A stretch of 40,420 nt of DNA from NCBI GenBank assembly GCA_020724925.1, contig DYGC01000001.1, positions 71,228 to 111,647 on the forward strand. Reading direction: 5' to 3'. The position numbers and the translations under genes are program-made. The notes under the pieces are model-generated. The model did no database searches. It had not been told where the DNA came from and worked only from the letters and a program-made list of their open reading frames with translations. The stretch is from Candidatus Paceibacter sp. Its GTDB lineage: Bacteria; Patescibacteriota; Patescibacteriia; DYGC01. This document shows positions 8,120 to 16,847 of the stretch, in pieces. Position 1 is the first letter of the stretch; the number at the start of each line of letters is the position of its first letter.

Positions 8120-9886
8120 TTATACCTCAATAATCACCGGCAAGACCATCGGGCGGCGCTTGGTTTTCTTGTATAAGAATAAACCTAATTCATCGCGGAT
8201 TTGTTGCTTAATGATGTTAATATCGGTGGGAGTGGCTTGGCTTTCCACGATCTTTTTCACTTTTTTACGAGCTTCATTCAACAATTCCTTGCTTTCTTTC
8301 ATATAAATGAAACCGCGGGAAATAATATCCGGATTACCGATTACGGCGTTAGAGCTGTGTTTGATGGTGGCGATCACCACGAACATACCGTCTTCGGACA
8401 TCATTTGACGGTCACGCAAGACCACTTCGGAGACGTCACCGACGCCCAAACCGTCAACCATCACATATTCTGCCGGCACGTAAGCACTCGTCAATTTGCC
8501 GATTACTTTTTGAGTATTGCCCAAGCGGGAGAATTCCATCACTTGGCCGTTGTCCGCCACAAAAATATTGCTGCGTGGCAAACCCAAGTCTGCGGCAATT
8601 TCCGCGTTGGCTTGCAATAAGAAGTGATTGGCTTCAATCGGAATATAATATTGCGGTTTAATCAATCTTAACATTAATTTGATATCTTCTTTCTTGGCAT
8701 GTCCGCCGGCGTGAATATCCATTAACTGGTAATGAATAATGCGTGCGCCTTTGCGGGTAATCAAATCCTTCAAACTTTGGATGGTGCGTTCATTTCCCGG
8801 AATAACCGAAGATGAGAAAATAACGGTATCACCTTGTTTAAAACTCAAAACTTTATGTTCTTCCGAGGCCATTTTCATTAAGAAGGCGTTCTTTTCACCT
8901 TGCGCGCCGGTTCCGATAAACACCAATTTATTATCCGGGTAGTTGGCGGCTTCGTCATTTTCAATTAAAGTTTTCGGTTTCATTTTGATATATCCCAATT
9001 GGTGGGAAATTTCCACGTTGGTTTTCATGGAGCTACCTTCCAAGACAATTTTGCGATCATAATCCTGGGCCAATTGAATCAATTGTTGGACGCGAGTGAT
9101 TTGCGAAGCGAAGGTCCCGATAATAATACGGCCCGGCGCTTGCTCAAACACTTTGCGCAACTCTTCGCCGACGATTTTTTCCGATACTTGATGGCCGGAG
9201 CTTTCGGCAGAGGTGCTGTCGCCCAAAAGTGCCAAAACCCCGCGATGTCCGATTAAGGCTAAACGGTTTAAATCGGCCGGCTTTCCATCCACCGGAGTAT
9301 AATCAAACTTATAGTCGCCGGTATGGAAAATCGTTCCCAAAGGCGTTTTCACCACGATCCCGAAAGTATCGGGAATGCTGTGATTTAAACGGACAAACTC
9401 AATAATAAAGTTTTTGCCCAAACGAATTACACTATCATCATTAATCATGGTGATTTTTAGTTTTGGCAAACCTTTGAATTCGGCGTAACGTTTTTGAATA
9501 ATGCCGGCGGATAATTCGCCGGTAAACATTGGGGGATTCCTCAATAATGGCATCAAGTGCGGAATACCGCCGATATGGTCGTAGTGACCATGGGTGATAA
9601 TTACGCCCTTAACCCAATCGATTTTGTCCTTCAAATAACTGATGTCATTGATGATATAGTCAATGCCCGGCATATTTTCTTCCGGAAATTGTAAACCCAT
9701 GTCAATTACAATGATTTCATTGTCACATTCCAATAAGGTCATGTTACGGCCGACTTCTTCCAGCCCGCCCATAACAATAATTTTTAATTTAGGAGAGTGA
9801 TGTCCGATTGGAGCGGCATCACCGGTTCGGTGCGTCTTGTAACGCCTTAATAAAGGCGTGTTGGCGCTGTTTTCTTTCGGAATCAT
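8120..9886 (-). CDS. rnj: Ribonuclease J (beta-CASP metallo-beta-lactamase RNase)
   Basis: 588 aa. Motifs: LGGLEEVGRNMT, IITHGHYDHIGG, the beta-CASP region and HAGGHA. Confidence 0.9.
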   Translation of the reverse strand: MIPKENSANTPLLRRYKTHRTGDAAPIGHHSPKLKIIVMGGLEEVGRNMTLLECDNEIIVIDMGLQFPEENMPGIDYIINDISYLKDKIDWVKGVIITHGHYDHIGGIPHLMPLLRNPPMFTGELSAGIIQKRYAEFKGLPKLKITMINDDSVIRLGKNFIIEFVRLNHSIPDTFGIVVKTPLGTIFHTGDYKFDYTPVDGKPADLNRLALIGHRGVLALLGDSTSAESSGHQVSEKIVGEELRKVFEQAPGRIIIGTFASQITRVQQLIQLAQDYDRKIVLEGSSMKTNVEISHQLGYIKMKPKTLIENDEAANYPDNKLVFIGTGAQGEKNAFLMKMASEEHKVLSFKQGDTVIFSSSVIPGNERTIQSLKDLITRKGARIIHYQLMDIHAGGHAKKEDIKLMLRLIKPQYYIPIEANHFLLQANAEIAADLGLPRSNIFVADNGQVMEFSRLGNTQKVIGKLTSAYVPAEYVMVDGLGVGDVSEVVLRDRQMMSEDGMFVVIATIKHSSNAVIGNPDIISRGFIYMKESKELLNEARKKVKKIVESQATPTDINIIKQQIRDELGLFLYKKTKRRPMVLPVIIEV

Positions 9887-9920
9887 ACGATTTTTAAGAA
9901 TTTATAGAGTAATTAAACTG

Positions 9921-11699
9921 TTACCATTTAAGTTTTTTTTGTGTTTTGATGTATAGATCAAATAGAGAATTCCATCTTCCAGAATAATTGTTGATAAATG
10001 TTTGCTGATAATTCTGAATTTCGTTGTTTAACGCATATAAGTATTTAGGTGAATATAAGAATAAGGCTGCTTGTTCTTCAAGGATTAATTTTTGTAACTC
10101 GGCATATTTTGTTTGTCTGGTTAATGTGCCGTGTGTTTGACGGGCTTCTTCAATCAGGGTATCAATTTGTTTGTTGGCCAATTGGGGAAGATTTAAACCG
10201 GGATAATCAATTTGTGTGGAGTGCCAAAATGGAAAGATGTCCGGATCGGCACCAATATTTTCTCCATAAATAATGGATTCGTAGGATCTTTCTTTAATGA
10301 TTTGTTTGATTTCATTGGTATCAATTGCTTGAATTTCGACATTTATACCAAATGACTTCCATGATTCTTTCATGGAATTGGCAAGATTTAAAATTTCTTC
10401 GGTATTGGGCACAGTAATTTTCAAACTGGCAACGGTTTCGCTACCATCAATTTGTTTTGCCCAAACCCCTTCTTCTTTCATTTGCCAACCGTTATCAACC
10501 ATTAATTGTTTGGCTTTTTCAAAATCAGGATTTTGTTGTGGTAAATCATTACTATAAGCAAATGAATTTTTTAAAATTGGACCATTTACAATTTCTACGT
10601 TTTGTCCAAAAATTTTTTCAATTAAACCGTTTTTGTCAATTGATAAATTTAAAGCTTGTCTGAAATAAGCGTTTTTAATCAAAGAATTGCTTTTGACATT
10701 GTAGAAAAGGGCAGTGTATTGCGGTAAGGTTAAAGCATAAATACTAATATTGTTTTCATCATTTTCCACAAAACTTCTTTCTTTGTTTGGTAAATTACCA
10801 AGGGCACTGATTTCTTTTTTAACAAGGGCATTGATGGCTGTTTGTTGATCATCGAAAAAACGGAAAGACATTTTTGGAATATAAGGTTTTTGCCCGTAAT
10901 ACCCATCAAAATATGTTAGCTCATAATTGGCAATGTTGCCATTATTGTCCTTGATTAATTTTTCAAATTTGTAAGGCCCGCTACCAATCGGTTTGATGTT
11001 ATATTGGGCTAAAGGAAAGTTGGCTGGTCCAATATTTTCCCACACGTGAGCCGGTAAAATACCAATGGTAAATAAATGAATAAATGGTGCGTAAACATTG
11101 TCTGTAGTAAAACTGATAGTTCGGTCATCAACTTTATCAATTTTGACATTGGCAAAATTAATGTAGTTTGGGCTTTTGTACTCCGGGTTTTGAATTAAGC
11201 TGTAGGTGAACAAAACATCGTTTACACTTAAGGGGTTGCTGTCATGAAAAGATAAATCTTCTTTAAGGGTAAAAGTGTAGGTTTTGCCGTCTTCGGAAAT
11301 TTCATATTTTTCTGCTAAATCCGGTACTAATTTTAGATCTTTATCGTATTTTAAGAGGCCACTAAAGATTAATTTTACTAAATCGGCATCAGTACTGTTT
11401 CCGGTACTTAAAATCGGATTGATATAGACAGGATCTTGGATTAATCCTTCAACAATTGTGCCACCGTAATCAGCCATCGGTTCGCTGTTGGCTTGATAGG
11501 CATATGCTAATAACCATACGCCGGAAATAGCGCTAATTAGAATTAAAACATCAATGATGAGTCTTTCCCAACGGGTTAAATATTTGCCAATGTGGCTTAA
11601 TTGCTTGAGGTTGGGGAATTTCTTCTTGTTCAAGGATTTTAAAAGTTTTTTATCCAAATGTTCAAGGGGGTCTTTTTTCTTGCTTTTGAAGAAAATCAC
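9921..11699 (-). CDS. ABC transporter substrate-binding protein, family 5 (peptide/nickel type), N-terminal TM anchor
   Basis: 592 aa with GTG start. TM helix LIIDVLILISAISGVWLLAYAY. SBP_bac_5-like stretch LLKYDKDLKLVPDLAEKYEISEDGKTYTFTLKEDLSFHD. Confidence 0.8.
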   Translation of the reverse strand: MIFFKSKKKDPLEHLDKKLLKSLNKKKFPNLKQLSHIGKYLTRWERLIIDVLILISAISGVWLLAYAYQANSEPMADYGGTIVEGLIQDPVYINPILSTGNSTDADLVKLIFSGLLKYDKDLKLVPDLAEKYEISEDGKTYTFTLKEDLSFHDSNPLSVNDVLFTYSLIQNPEYKSPNYINFANVKIDKVDDRTISFTTDNVYAPFIHLFTIGILPAHVWENIGPANFPLAQYNIKPIGSGPYKFEKLIKDNNGNIANYELTYFDGYYGQKPYIPKMSFRFFDDQQTAINALVKKEISALGNLPNKERSFVENDENNISIYALTLPQYTALFYNVKSNSLIKNAYFRQALNLSIDKNGLIEKIFGQNVEIVNGPILKNSFAYSNDLPQQNPDFEKAKQLMVDNGWQMKEEGVWAKQIDGSETVASLKITVPNTEEILNLANSMKESWKSFGINVEIQAIDTNEIKQIIKERSYESIIYGENIGADPDIFPFWHSTQIDYPGLNLPQLANKQIDTLIEEARQTHGTLTRQTKYAELQKLILEEQAALFLYSPKYLYALNNEIQNYQQTFINNYSGRWNSLFDLYIKTQKKLKW

Positions 11700-11748
11700 A
11701 AAATAAAAATTTTAAGTATTAAAGATAAGCCTTGTTAATAAGCACTTG

Positions 11749-11967
11749 TTACGATAAATAAACAATGCTGATGGCTGATCCAAAAAATATAACAGCGGTG
11801 ATGATAGTCAGTTTAAACAAGACCTTTTCTACACTGCGACGAGTACTGTAAATATTGCCTTCTCCGCCAAAGGTTTCGCTTAAGCCGGCACCCCGGTTTT
11901 GCATTAAAATCATAACCATTAACAAAATAGCGGCAATTAATTCAGTAATTTCTAGAATACGAAGCAT
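11749..11967 (-). CDS. secG: Preprotein translocase subunit SecG
   Basis: 72 aa with two TM helices and the LMQNRGAGLSETFGG motif. Confidence 0.85.
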   Translation of the reverse strand: MLRILEITELIAAILLMVMILMQNRGAGLSETFGGEGNIYSTRRSVEKVLFKLTIITAVIFFGSAISIVYLS

Positions 11968-12042
11968 AAAACAATAGTTAAGAGTATTTATAACTTATTT
12001 GTAGGATATCAAAGGGATTGTTAAAAGTCAATAAGGTTTTGC

Positions 12043-12069
12043 TTGACAGGGGAAAAGAAAATGTATAAT
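12043..12069 (+). promoter_or_regulatory. Candidate sigma70-type promoter for rplS
   Basis: TTGACA at 12043-12048 and extended -10 TGTATAAT at 12062-12069. The spacer to TATAAT is 15 nt, which is short. Confidence 0.4.
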
Positions 12070-12094
12070 ATAAACCTGTTCTAAGTTTTAGAGT

Positions 12095-12148
12095 GTCATC
12101 CTGAACCATATGCCAGTCATAGCGAAGAGACGGCTGGTTTCAGGATTT
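12095..12148 (+). repeat. GTCATCC-flanked hairpin repeat (family member 2) in the rplS leader
   Basis: gtcATCCTGAACC...GGTTTCAGGATttc. The loop contains atagcgaag. Confidence 0.65.
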
Positions 12149-12188
12149 CTTCAATTCAATCAAATTTTTTTATTTTAATAATAATCTA

Positions 12189-12512
12189 ATGATTATGGCC
12201 AGCAATATTTTAAAGGCTGAAGATGTGAAACCTGGTTTGACAGTGAAAGTTCACCAAAAAATCAAGGAATTAACTTCTAAAGGTGCGGAAAAGGAAAGAA
12301 TTCAGGTTTATGAAGGGATCGTTATGGGAGTTAAAAAGGGTAAAACCATGACAGTTCGTAAGATTTCTCACGGGGTAGGTGTGGAAAAGATTTTCCCATT
12401 TGATATGCCTGGTGTGGAAAAGATTGAATTGGTTAAAGAAGCCAAAAGCAATGTTCGTCGTGCCAAATTGAATTATTTGCGTAAATCTCCTCGTGCGATG
12501 CGCGAAAACTAG
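12189..12512 (+). CDS. rplS: 50S ribosomal protein L19
   Basis: 107 aa. Motifs: [40 protein letters not shown] and a basic C-terminus. An alternative ATG lies at 12195. Confidence 0.9.
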   Translation: MIMASNILKAEDVKPGLTVKVHQKIKELTSKGAEKERIQVYEGIVMGVKKGKTMTVRKISHGVGVEKIFPFDMPGVEKIELVKEAKSNVRRAKLNYLRKSPRAMREN

Positions 12513-12534
12513 GATTTTAAAGACTTTGAAGATA

Positions 12535-12565
12535 GAAAAAACCGCCAGAAATGGCGGTTTTTTTG
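12535..12565. terminator. Rho-independent terminator after rplS
   Basis: aaaaaACCGCCAgaaaTGGCGGTttttttt. Confidence 0.8.
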
Positions 12566-12677
12566 GTGTTTTGGTATTGATGCGGGGGGAAGGGCGAATA
12601 GTCAGGATAAACTCTAGCGCGAAGTGGCTGGATTGATGGATTGTGATGGGGGATTCAATTTGTTTGGGTTACGGTCT

Positions 12678-12789
12678 GTCATCCTGAACTTGTTTCAGGA
12701 TCTCTTAATTAATCCTTATTGTTTCCCTCATCGTTTAAGGACGGAATGAAGAGTTTATTGGAGAGATCCTGAAACAAGTTCAGGATGAC
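12678..12789. mobile_element. MITE-like composite palindromic element, copy A (112 bp)
   Basis: 27-nt terminal inverted repeats (gtcatcctgaacttgtttcaggatctc / gagatcctgaaacaagttcaggatgac), each itself a hairpin. Central TCCTTA...TAAGGA hairpin. Near-identical to 22618-22725. Confidence 0.6.
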
Positions 12790-12857
12790 CCATTACACCG
12801 TTTCAGGATGACCCATTGCCACGTTTCAGCATGCCCCTTACTTAGTTCAGGATGACA
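12790..12857. repeat. Degenerate tandem array of half-elements (period ~23 nt)
   Basis: caggatgacccattacaccgttt / caggatgacccattgccacgttt / cagcatgccccttacttagtt / caggatgac. Confidence 0.6.
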
Positions 12858-12865
12858 GAAAGAGT

Positions 12866-15445
12866 CTAGACCTGCATCGAATAAACATGCGAATAGCCGG
12901 CCGGGTTCATGGTGACGCCATAAATGATTTGGGCTGATTGCATGATCACTTTATTGTGTGTAATTAGCACAATTTGGGTCAATTTGTTGATATCACTTAA
13001 AATATCGGCCAATTGTTGAGAATTGAGTTCGTCCAGGGCGGCGTCAATTTCGTCCAAAACGACAAACGGGGTCTTTTGGGTATGGACAATCGCCATAATC
13101 AAAGCCGTGGAAATTAAGGTTTTTTCACCGCCGGAGAACAAATTTAAATGTTTGATTTTCTTGCCCGGAATATAAGACTCAATGTCCACTTTGATTTCAT
13201 TATCACTGATTTCTCCTTGTAAGGCCGCTTTACCGCCTTTGAACAAAGTTTGGAAATAATCATTAAAAGTACCGGAAATCAATTTGATTTTATCGGTAAA
13301 TTCACTGTGAATGAGCTTTTTCAATTCGTTGTTGATCGCTTCCAGGTTGTTTGCACTGTTCACGAGATCGTTTTGCTCCCGATTGAGATTTTCATAGCGC
13401 TCTTTTAAAGTGTTATATTCATTAATGATATTTTCATCAATTTCCCCGATGGCCAACAGTTTGCCCTCGCACTTGGCGATTTCTTGGTTGATTTTCTGTT
13501 CGTCCAGGTTGGTGTCAAAATCGGTTAATTCTTCCGCTTGCACTTCGGCTAAATCGCTTTTGCGTGCTTCTAAAGCACGTGCTTGTTCCTGTAAATTATC
13601 CAAAATATGCTGAGCACGCATCAAATCATCTTGTTTGTGTTGGCAGATTTTTTGTTGTTCTTGGAATTGTTGTTGGGCTTTCAGATATTGTTCGTTCATT
13701 TCTTTGGCATCGCTTTCCATTTTTTTCAATTTATCATTGATGGCCAAAATCGCTTCACGCAAGGTGCTGTTATCTTGCCCCTGGTTTTTACCTTGCAAAT
13801 TACGATAATATTTTTCTTCCATTTCCAATTTGTTGATTTGCAATTTCAATTGAGTAACCGCTTGTTGTGCTTGGTGTAGTTTTTTAACGATTTCTTTTGA
13901 TAAAAATTTAAACACCTTATACCCACCTTTAATAATACCGCTGGCCTCAAAAATTTCCCCTTGCATGGTTACGATGCGCACTGGATATTGTTGCGAGATT
14001 TCTTTGGCACTGTCAATTTCCGGGCTAAGAACGGTATTGCCCAATAAAAATTGAAACAGTTCGTTGAATTGTTCATCATATTTCAAGTAGTCCAAAATTG
14101 GACGACAACCATCATATTGTTGGGTGATTTCTTGAATTTCCTTTTTGTCCGGACGTCCTTGGATTTTGTTCAAGGGGTAGAGGTGGAGCGTGCCCAGGCG
14201 TTTTTCCTTAATGTTTTTGATGATTTCCACGGCCACGTTATCGTCGCTGACCGCCAAACCGTTTAAAGTCGCGCCCAACACCGCCTCAATCGGCAATAAA
14301 TATTTTTCCTCACAGTGAAACAAGTTTTTAATAAAGCCGAGAATTTCTTTTTTTTCTTGTTGTTGTTTCTCAATATATTTTTCCACTTCACCGGGAATAT
14401 ATTCTTGCAAGTTGATGTCTTTATATTGAGAAAGTAATTTTTCTTGTTCGCTCAAGTCGGTTTTGGCATCGCGCAAACCCTTTTCGGTGCTGGACAGTTT
14501 CTCATCCAAATCCGGGATCAAACTAATGTTTTGATCGTTTAATTTACCATACAAATCTTGTTTCTCACCCAATAACTTTTGATACTCTTGATTTAATTGT
14601 AAAAATTGTTGGTTGCTGAGAATGGCGGTCAGTTCGTCCAGCTTTTCCTGTTCGGTGTGGGCGGAGCTTTTTAATTCCGTCACTTTATTGATGTAAAACT
14701 CCAAATCAGCTTGGATTTTTTCATAAGCGCTTTGCCAATCAACATATTTGCGCAAAACCGCTTGACGTTGATAATGGCGTAATTTTTCTTCCACCGCTTG
14801 ACGTTGTTGGAAACGTTTAACGTCTTTTTCCATCCATTGCAGGCGGGGCAACATTTCATTGATTAAATTATTAAGATATTGTGCTTGCTCGGTATTCTTT
14901 TGCAGTTGTTTTTGGCTGTTTTCCAGTTGCATTTGCGGGGCACGCACGCCGGTGGCGTCGGCAAAGAAATTTTGTAAATCTTCTTTATTGAAATTTAATA
15001 ATTGATGAATTGACCCCTGGGAAATAATGGAAAAACTTTTTTGTCCGATTTTCGCTTGGCTTAACAGATAATTTAAATCACTGACTTTGATCGGATTTTT
15101 ATTTAGACGATATTCTCCCTCGCCCTGGCGATAAAAGCGACGATTGATTTCAATGTTATTATAATCCAAAGGAAATCTTTTTGATTCATTATTCAAACGC
15201 AAGGCAACTTCGGCGTAATTGCTACTTTTGACTTTTGGAGAAGAAAATAGGATGTCCTGGCTTTGTTGGCTACGAATGCTTTTACTGCTTTGTTCACCCA
15301 GCACCCATTTGATAGCATCAATGATATTGGATTTTCCCGAACCGTTTGGTCCGACAATCGCCGTGATGGTATTGGGTAAGAAATCAAAAGAGGAGGGTTT
15401 GGCAAATGATTTAAAGCCGTTTATTTCTAATTTTTCCAAATACAT
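12866..15445 (-). CDS. smc: Chromosome segregation protein SMC (short-armed, 859 aa)
   Basis: N-terminal head FKSF...VGPNGSGKSNIIDAIKWVLGEQS. Hinge PIEAVLGATLNGLAVSDDNVAVEIIKNIKEKRLGTLHLYPLNKI. C-terminal LSGGEKTLISTALIMAI and VVLDEIDAALD. Confidence 0.9.
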   Translation of the reverse strand: MYLEKLEINGFKSFAKPSSFDFLPNTITAIVGPNGSGKSNIIDAIKWVLGEQSSKSIRSQQSQDILFSSPKVKSSNYAEVALRLNNESKRFPLDYNNIEINRRFYRQGEGEYRLNKNPIKVSDLNYLLSQAKIGQKSFSIISQGSIHQLLNFNKEDLQNFFADATGVRAPQMQLENSQKQLQKNTEQAQYLNNLINEMLPRLQWMEKDVKRFQQRQAVEEKLRHYQRQAVLRKYVDWQSAYEKIQADLEFYINKVTELKSSAHTEQEKLDELTAILSNQQFLQLNQEYQKLLGEKQDLYGKLNDQNISLIPDLDEKLSSTEKGLRDAKTDLSEQEKLLSQYKDINLQEYIPGEVEKYIEKQQQEKKEILGFIKNLFHCEEKYLLPIEAVLGATLNGLAVSDDNVAVEIIKNIKEKRLGTLHLYPLNKIQGRPDKKEIQEITQQYDGCRPILDYLKYDEQFNELFQFLLGNTVLSPEIDSAKEISQQYPVRIVTMQGEIFEASGIIKGGYKVFKFLSKEIVKKLHQAQQAVTQLKLQINKLEMEEKYYRNLQGKNQGQDNSTLREAILAINDKLKKMESDAKEMNEQYLKAQQQFQEQQKICQHKQDDLMRAQHILDNLQEQARALEARKSDLAEVQAEELTDFDTNLDEQKINQEIAKCEGKLLAIGEIDENIINEYNTLKERYENLNREQNDLVNSANNLEAINNELKKLIHSEFTDKIKLISGTFNDYFQTLFKGGKAALQGEISDNEIKVDIESYIPGKKIKHLNLFSGGEKTLISTALIMAIVHTQKTPFVVLDEIDAALDELNSQQLADILSDINKLTQIVLITHNKVIMQSAQIIYGVTMNPAGYSHVYSMQV

Positions 15446-15484
15446 AAAAATACGAAAATTTATTTAACATTTTTTTGTAAAACT

Positions 15485-15493
15485 ATTATAACA
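15485..15493 (-). promoter_or_regulatory. Candidate extended -10 (TGTTATAAT) for smc
   Basis: The reverse complement of 15485-15493 reads TGTTATAAT, about 40 nt upstream of the smc ATG. Confidence 0.4.
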
Positions 15494-15564
15494 TATATCT
15501 ATTTTTTTGACATGGCAAGTCAGTGGCGGAGAATTTAAAATAGAACAAAAAAGTAGAACAAGAA

Positions 15565-15593
15565 TTGTCAGCCTAAAATGTGGGTGTTATACT
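15565..15593 (+). promoter_or_regulatory. Candidate promoter upstream of recA (distal)
   Basis: TTGTCA at 15565-15570, a 17-nt spacer, then TATACT at 15588-15593 preceded by TGT. Confidence 0.4.
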
Positions 15594-15652
15594 GGGGTAT
15601 GTTAGGGTTGTGGATAAATTGGAAAAATTTTAAGTTAATTTCACATTCGATT

Positions 15653-15661
15653 TGCTATAAT
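15653..15661 (+). promoter_or_regulatory. Candidate extended -10 (TGCTATAAT) for recA (proximal)
   Basis: The same 9-mer TGCTATAAT recurs upstream of genes at 22797, 24648 and 35778. It ends 25 nt before the recA ATG. Confidence 0.45.
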
Positions 15662-15686
15662 AAATAAAAAATTAAATGCAACAAGT

Positions 15687-16709
15687 ATGGTAAAAGACAA
15701 AAAAGTGGAAGCTGACAAAGAATCTAAGACGGTTGATCCAAAGAGTAATGCTATTCAAGAAGCCTTAAGTCAAATCAAACAACGATTTGGAGAGGGTTCA
15801 ATTATGCGCTTGGGCGAACAAGGGCAAAACATTGAAACTATTACCACCGGTTGTTTGTCGTTGGACTTGGCTTTGGGAACGGGCATGCCTAAGGGGCGTG
15901 TGATTGAAATTTACGGGCCAGAATCTTCCGGTAAAACCACCTTGGCTTTACATGTCATTTCTGAAGTGCAAAAAGCCGGTGGGACAGCGGCCTTCATTGA
16001 TGCTGAACATGCTTTGGATCCGGAATATGCTAAAAAAATTGGTGTTAAAACTGAAGATTTATTGATTTCTCAACCGGACTTTGGGGAACAAGCTTTGGAA
16101 ATTCTCGAAACTTTAGTTCGTTCCAGTGCGGTGGACGTGGTGGTGGTGGATTCAGTAGCGGCTTTAACTCCGAAAGCGGAAATTGAAGGTGAAATGGGGG
16201 ATTCGCACATGGGTTTACAAGCACGTTTGATGAGCCAGGCTTTGCGTAAATTAACGGCGATTATCAGTAAAACCAATACTATTGTAATTTTCATCAATCA
16301 GTTACGTATGAAAATCGGTATTATGTTCGGCAATCCGGAAACCACGACCGGTGGTAATGCCTTGAAGTTTTACGCTTCGGTGCGTGTAGAAATTCGTAAG
16401 AGTGCACAAATCAAACAAGGCGAAAATATTATTGGTAACCAGGTTAAAGTTAAAATCGTTAAAAATAAAGTTGCCCCGCCTTTCAAACAAACCGAATTTG
16501 ATATTATGTATAATGAAGGGATTTCTGTGCCCGGTGATGTTTTGGACACCGGTGTGACGACAGGAATTATTGAGAAAAATGGCAATACCTACAAATACGG
16601 GGAAGTTCGTTTGGGCGTGGGGCGCGAAGCGGCTAAGCAATTCTTAAAAGATGATCAGAAAGTTTTGAAGGAAATTAAAAAAGCGGTGATGGCGAAGGTT
16701 AAAGGATAG
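15687..16709 (+). CDS. recA: Recombinase RecA
   Basis: 340 aa. Motifs: [19 protein letters not shown] (Walker A), [19 protein letters not shown] and [30 protein letters not shown]. Confidence 0.95.
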   Translation: MVKDKKVEADKESKTVDPKSNAIQEALSQIKQRFGEGSIMRLGEQGQNIETITTGCLSLDLALGTGMPKGRVIEIYGPESSGKTTLALHVISEVQKAGGTAAFIDAEHALDPEYAKKIGVKTEDLLISQPDFGEQALEILETLVRSSAVDVVVVDSVAALTPKAEIEGEMGDSHMGLQARLMSQALRKLTAIISKTNTIVIFINQLRMKIGIMFGNPETTTGGNALKFYASVRVEIRKSAQIKQGENIIGNQVKVKIVKNKVAPPFKQTEFDIMYNEGISVPGDVLDTGVTTGIIEKNGNTYKYGEVRLGVGREAAKQFLKDDQKVLKEIKKAVMAKVKG

Positions 16710-16847
16710 GTACGGGAATTGTAATTTGAATTTTTATTGTTTGGGGTATTATATATAATTAATAAAACATTTTTTATCCAAAAGATGTAAAAATGATTTT
16801 ATTTAAAAATTGTAGTAGAATATAAATATAATAAAAATATTGTAGTT

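Noticed and set aside
7989-8306. 105-aa plus-strand ORF
   Set aside because: It starts inside a hairpin repeat, runs through the bidirectional terminator and then runs antisense into the rnj 3' end. It has no motif.
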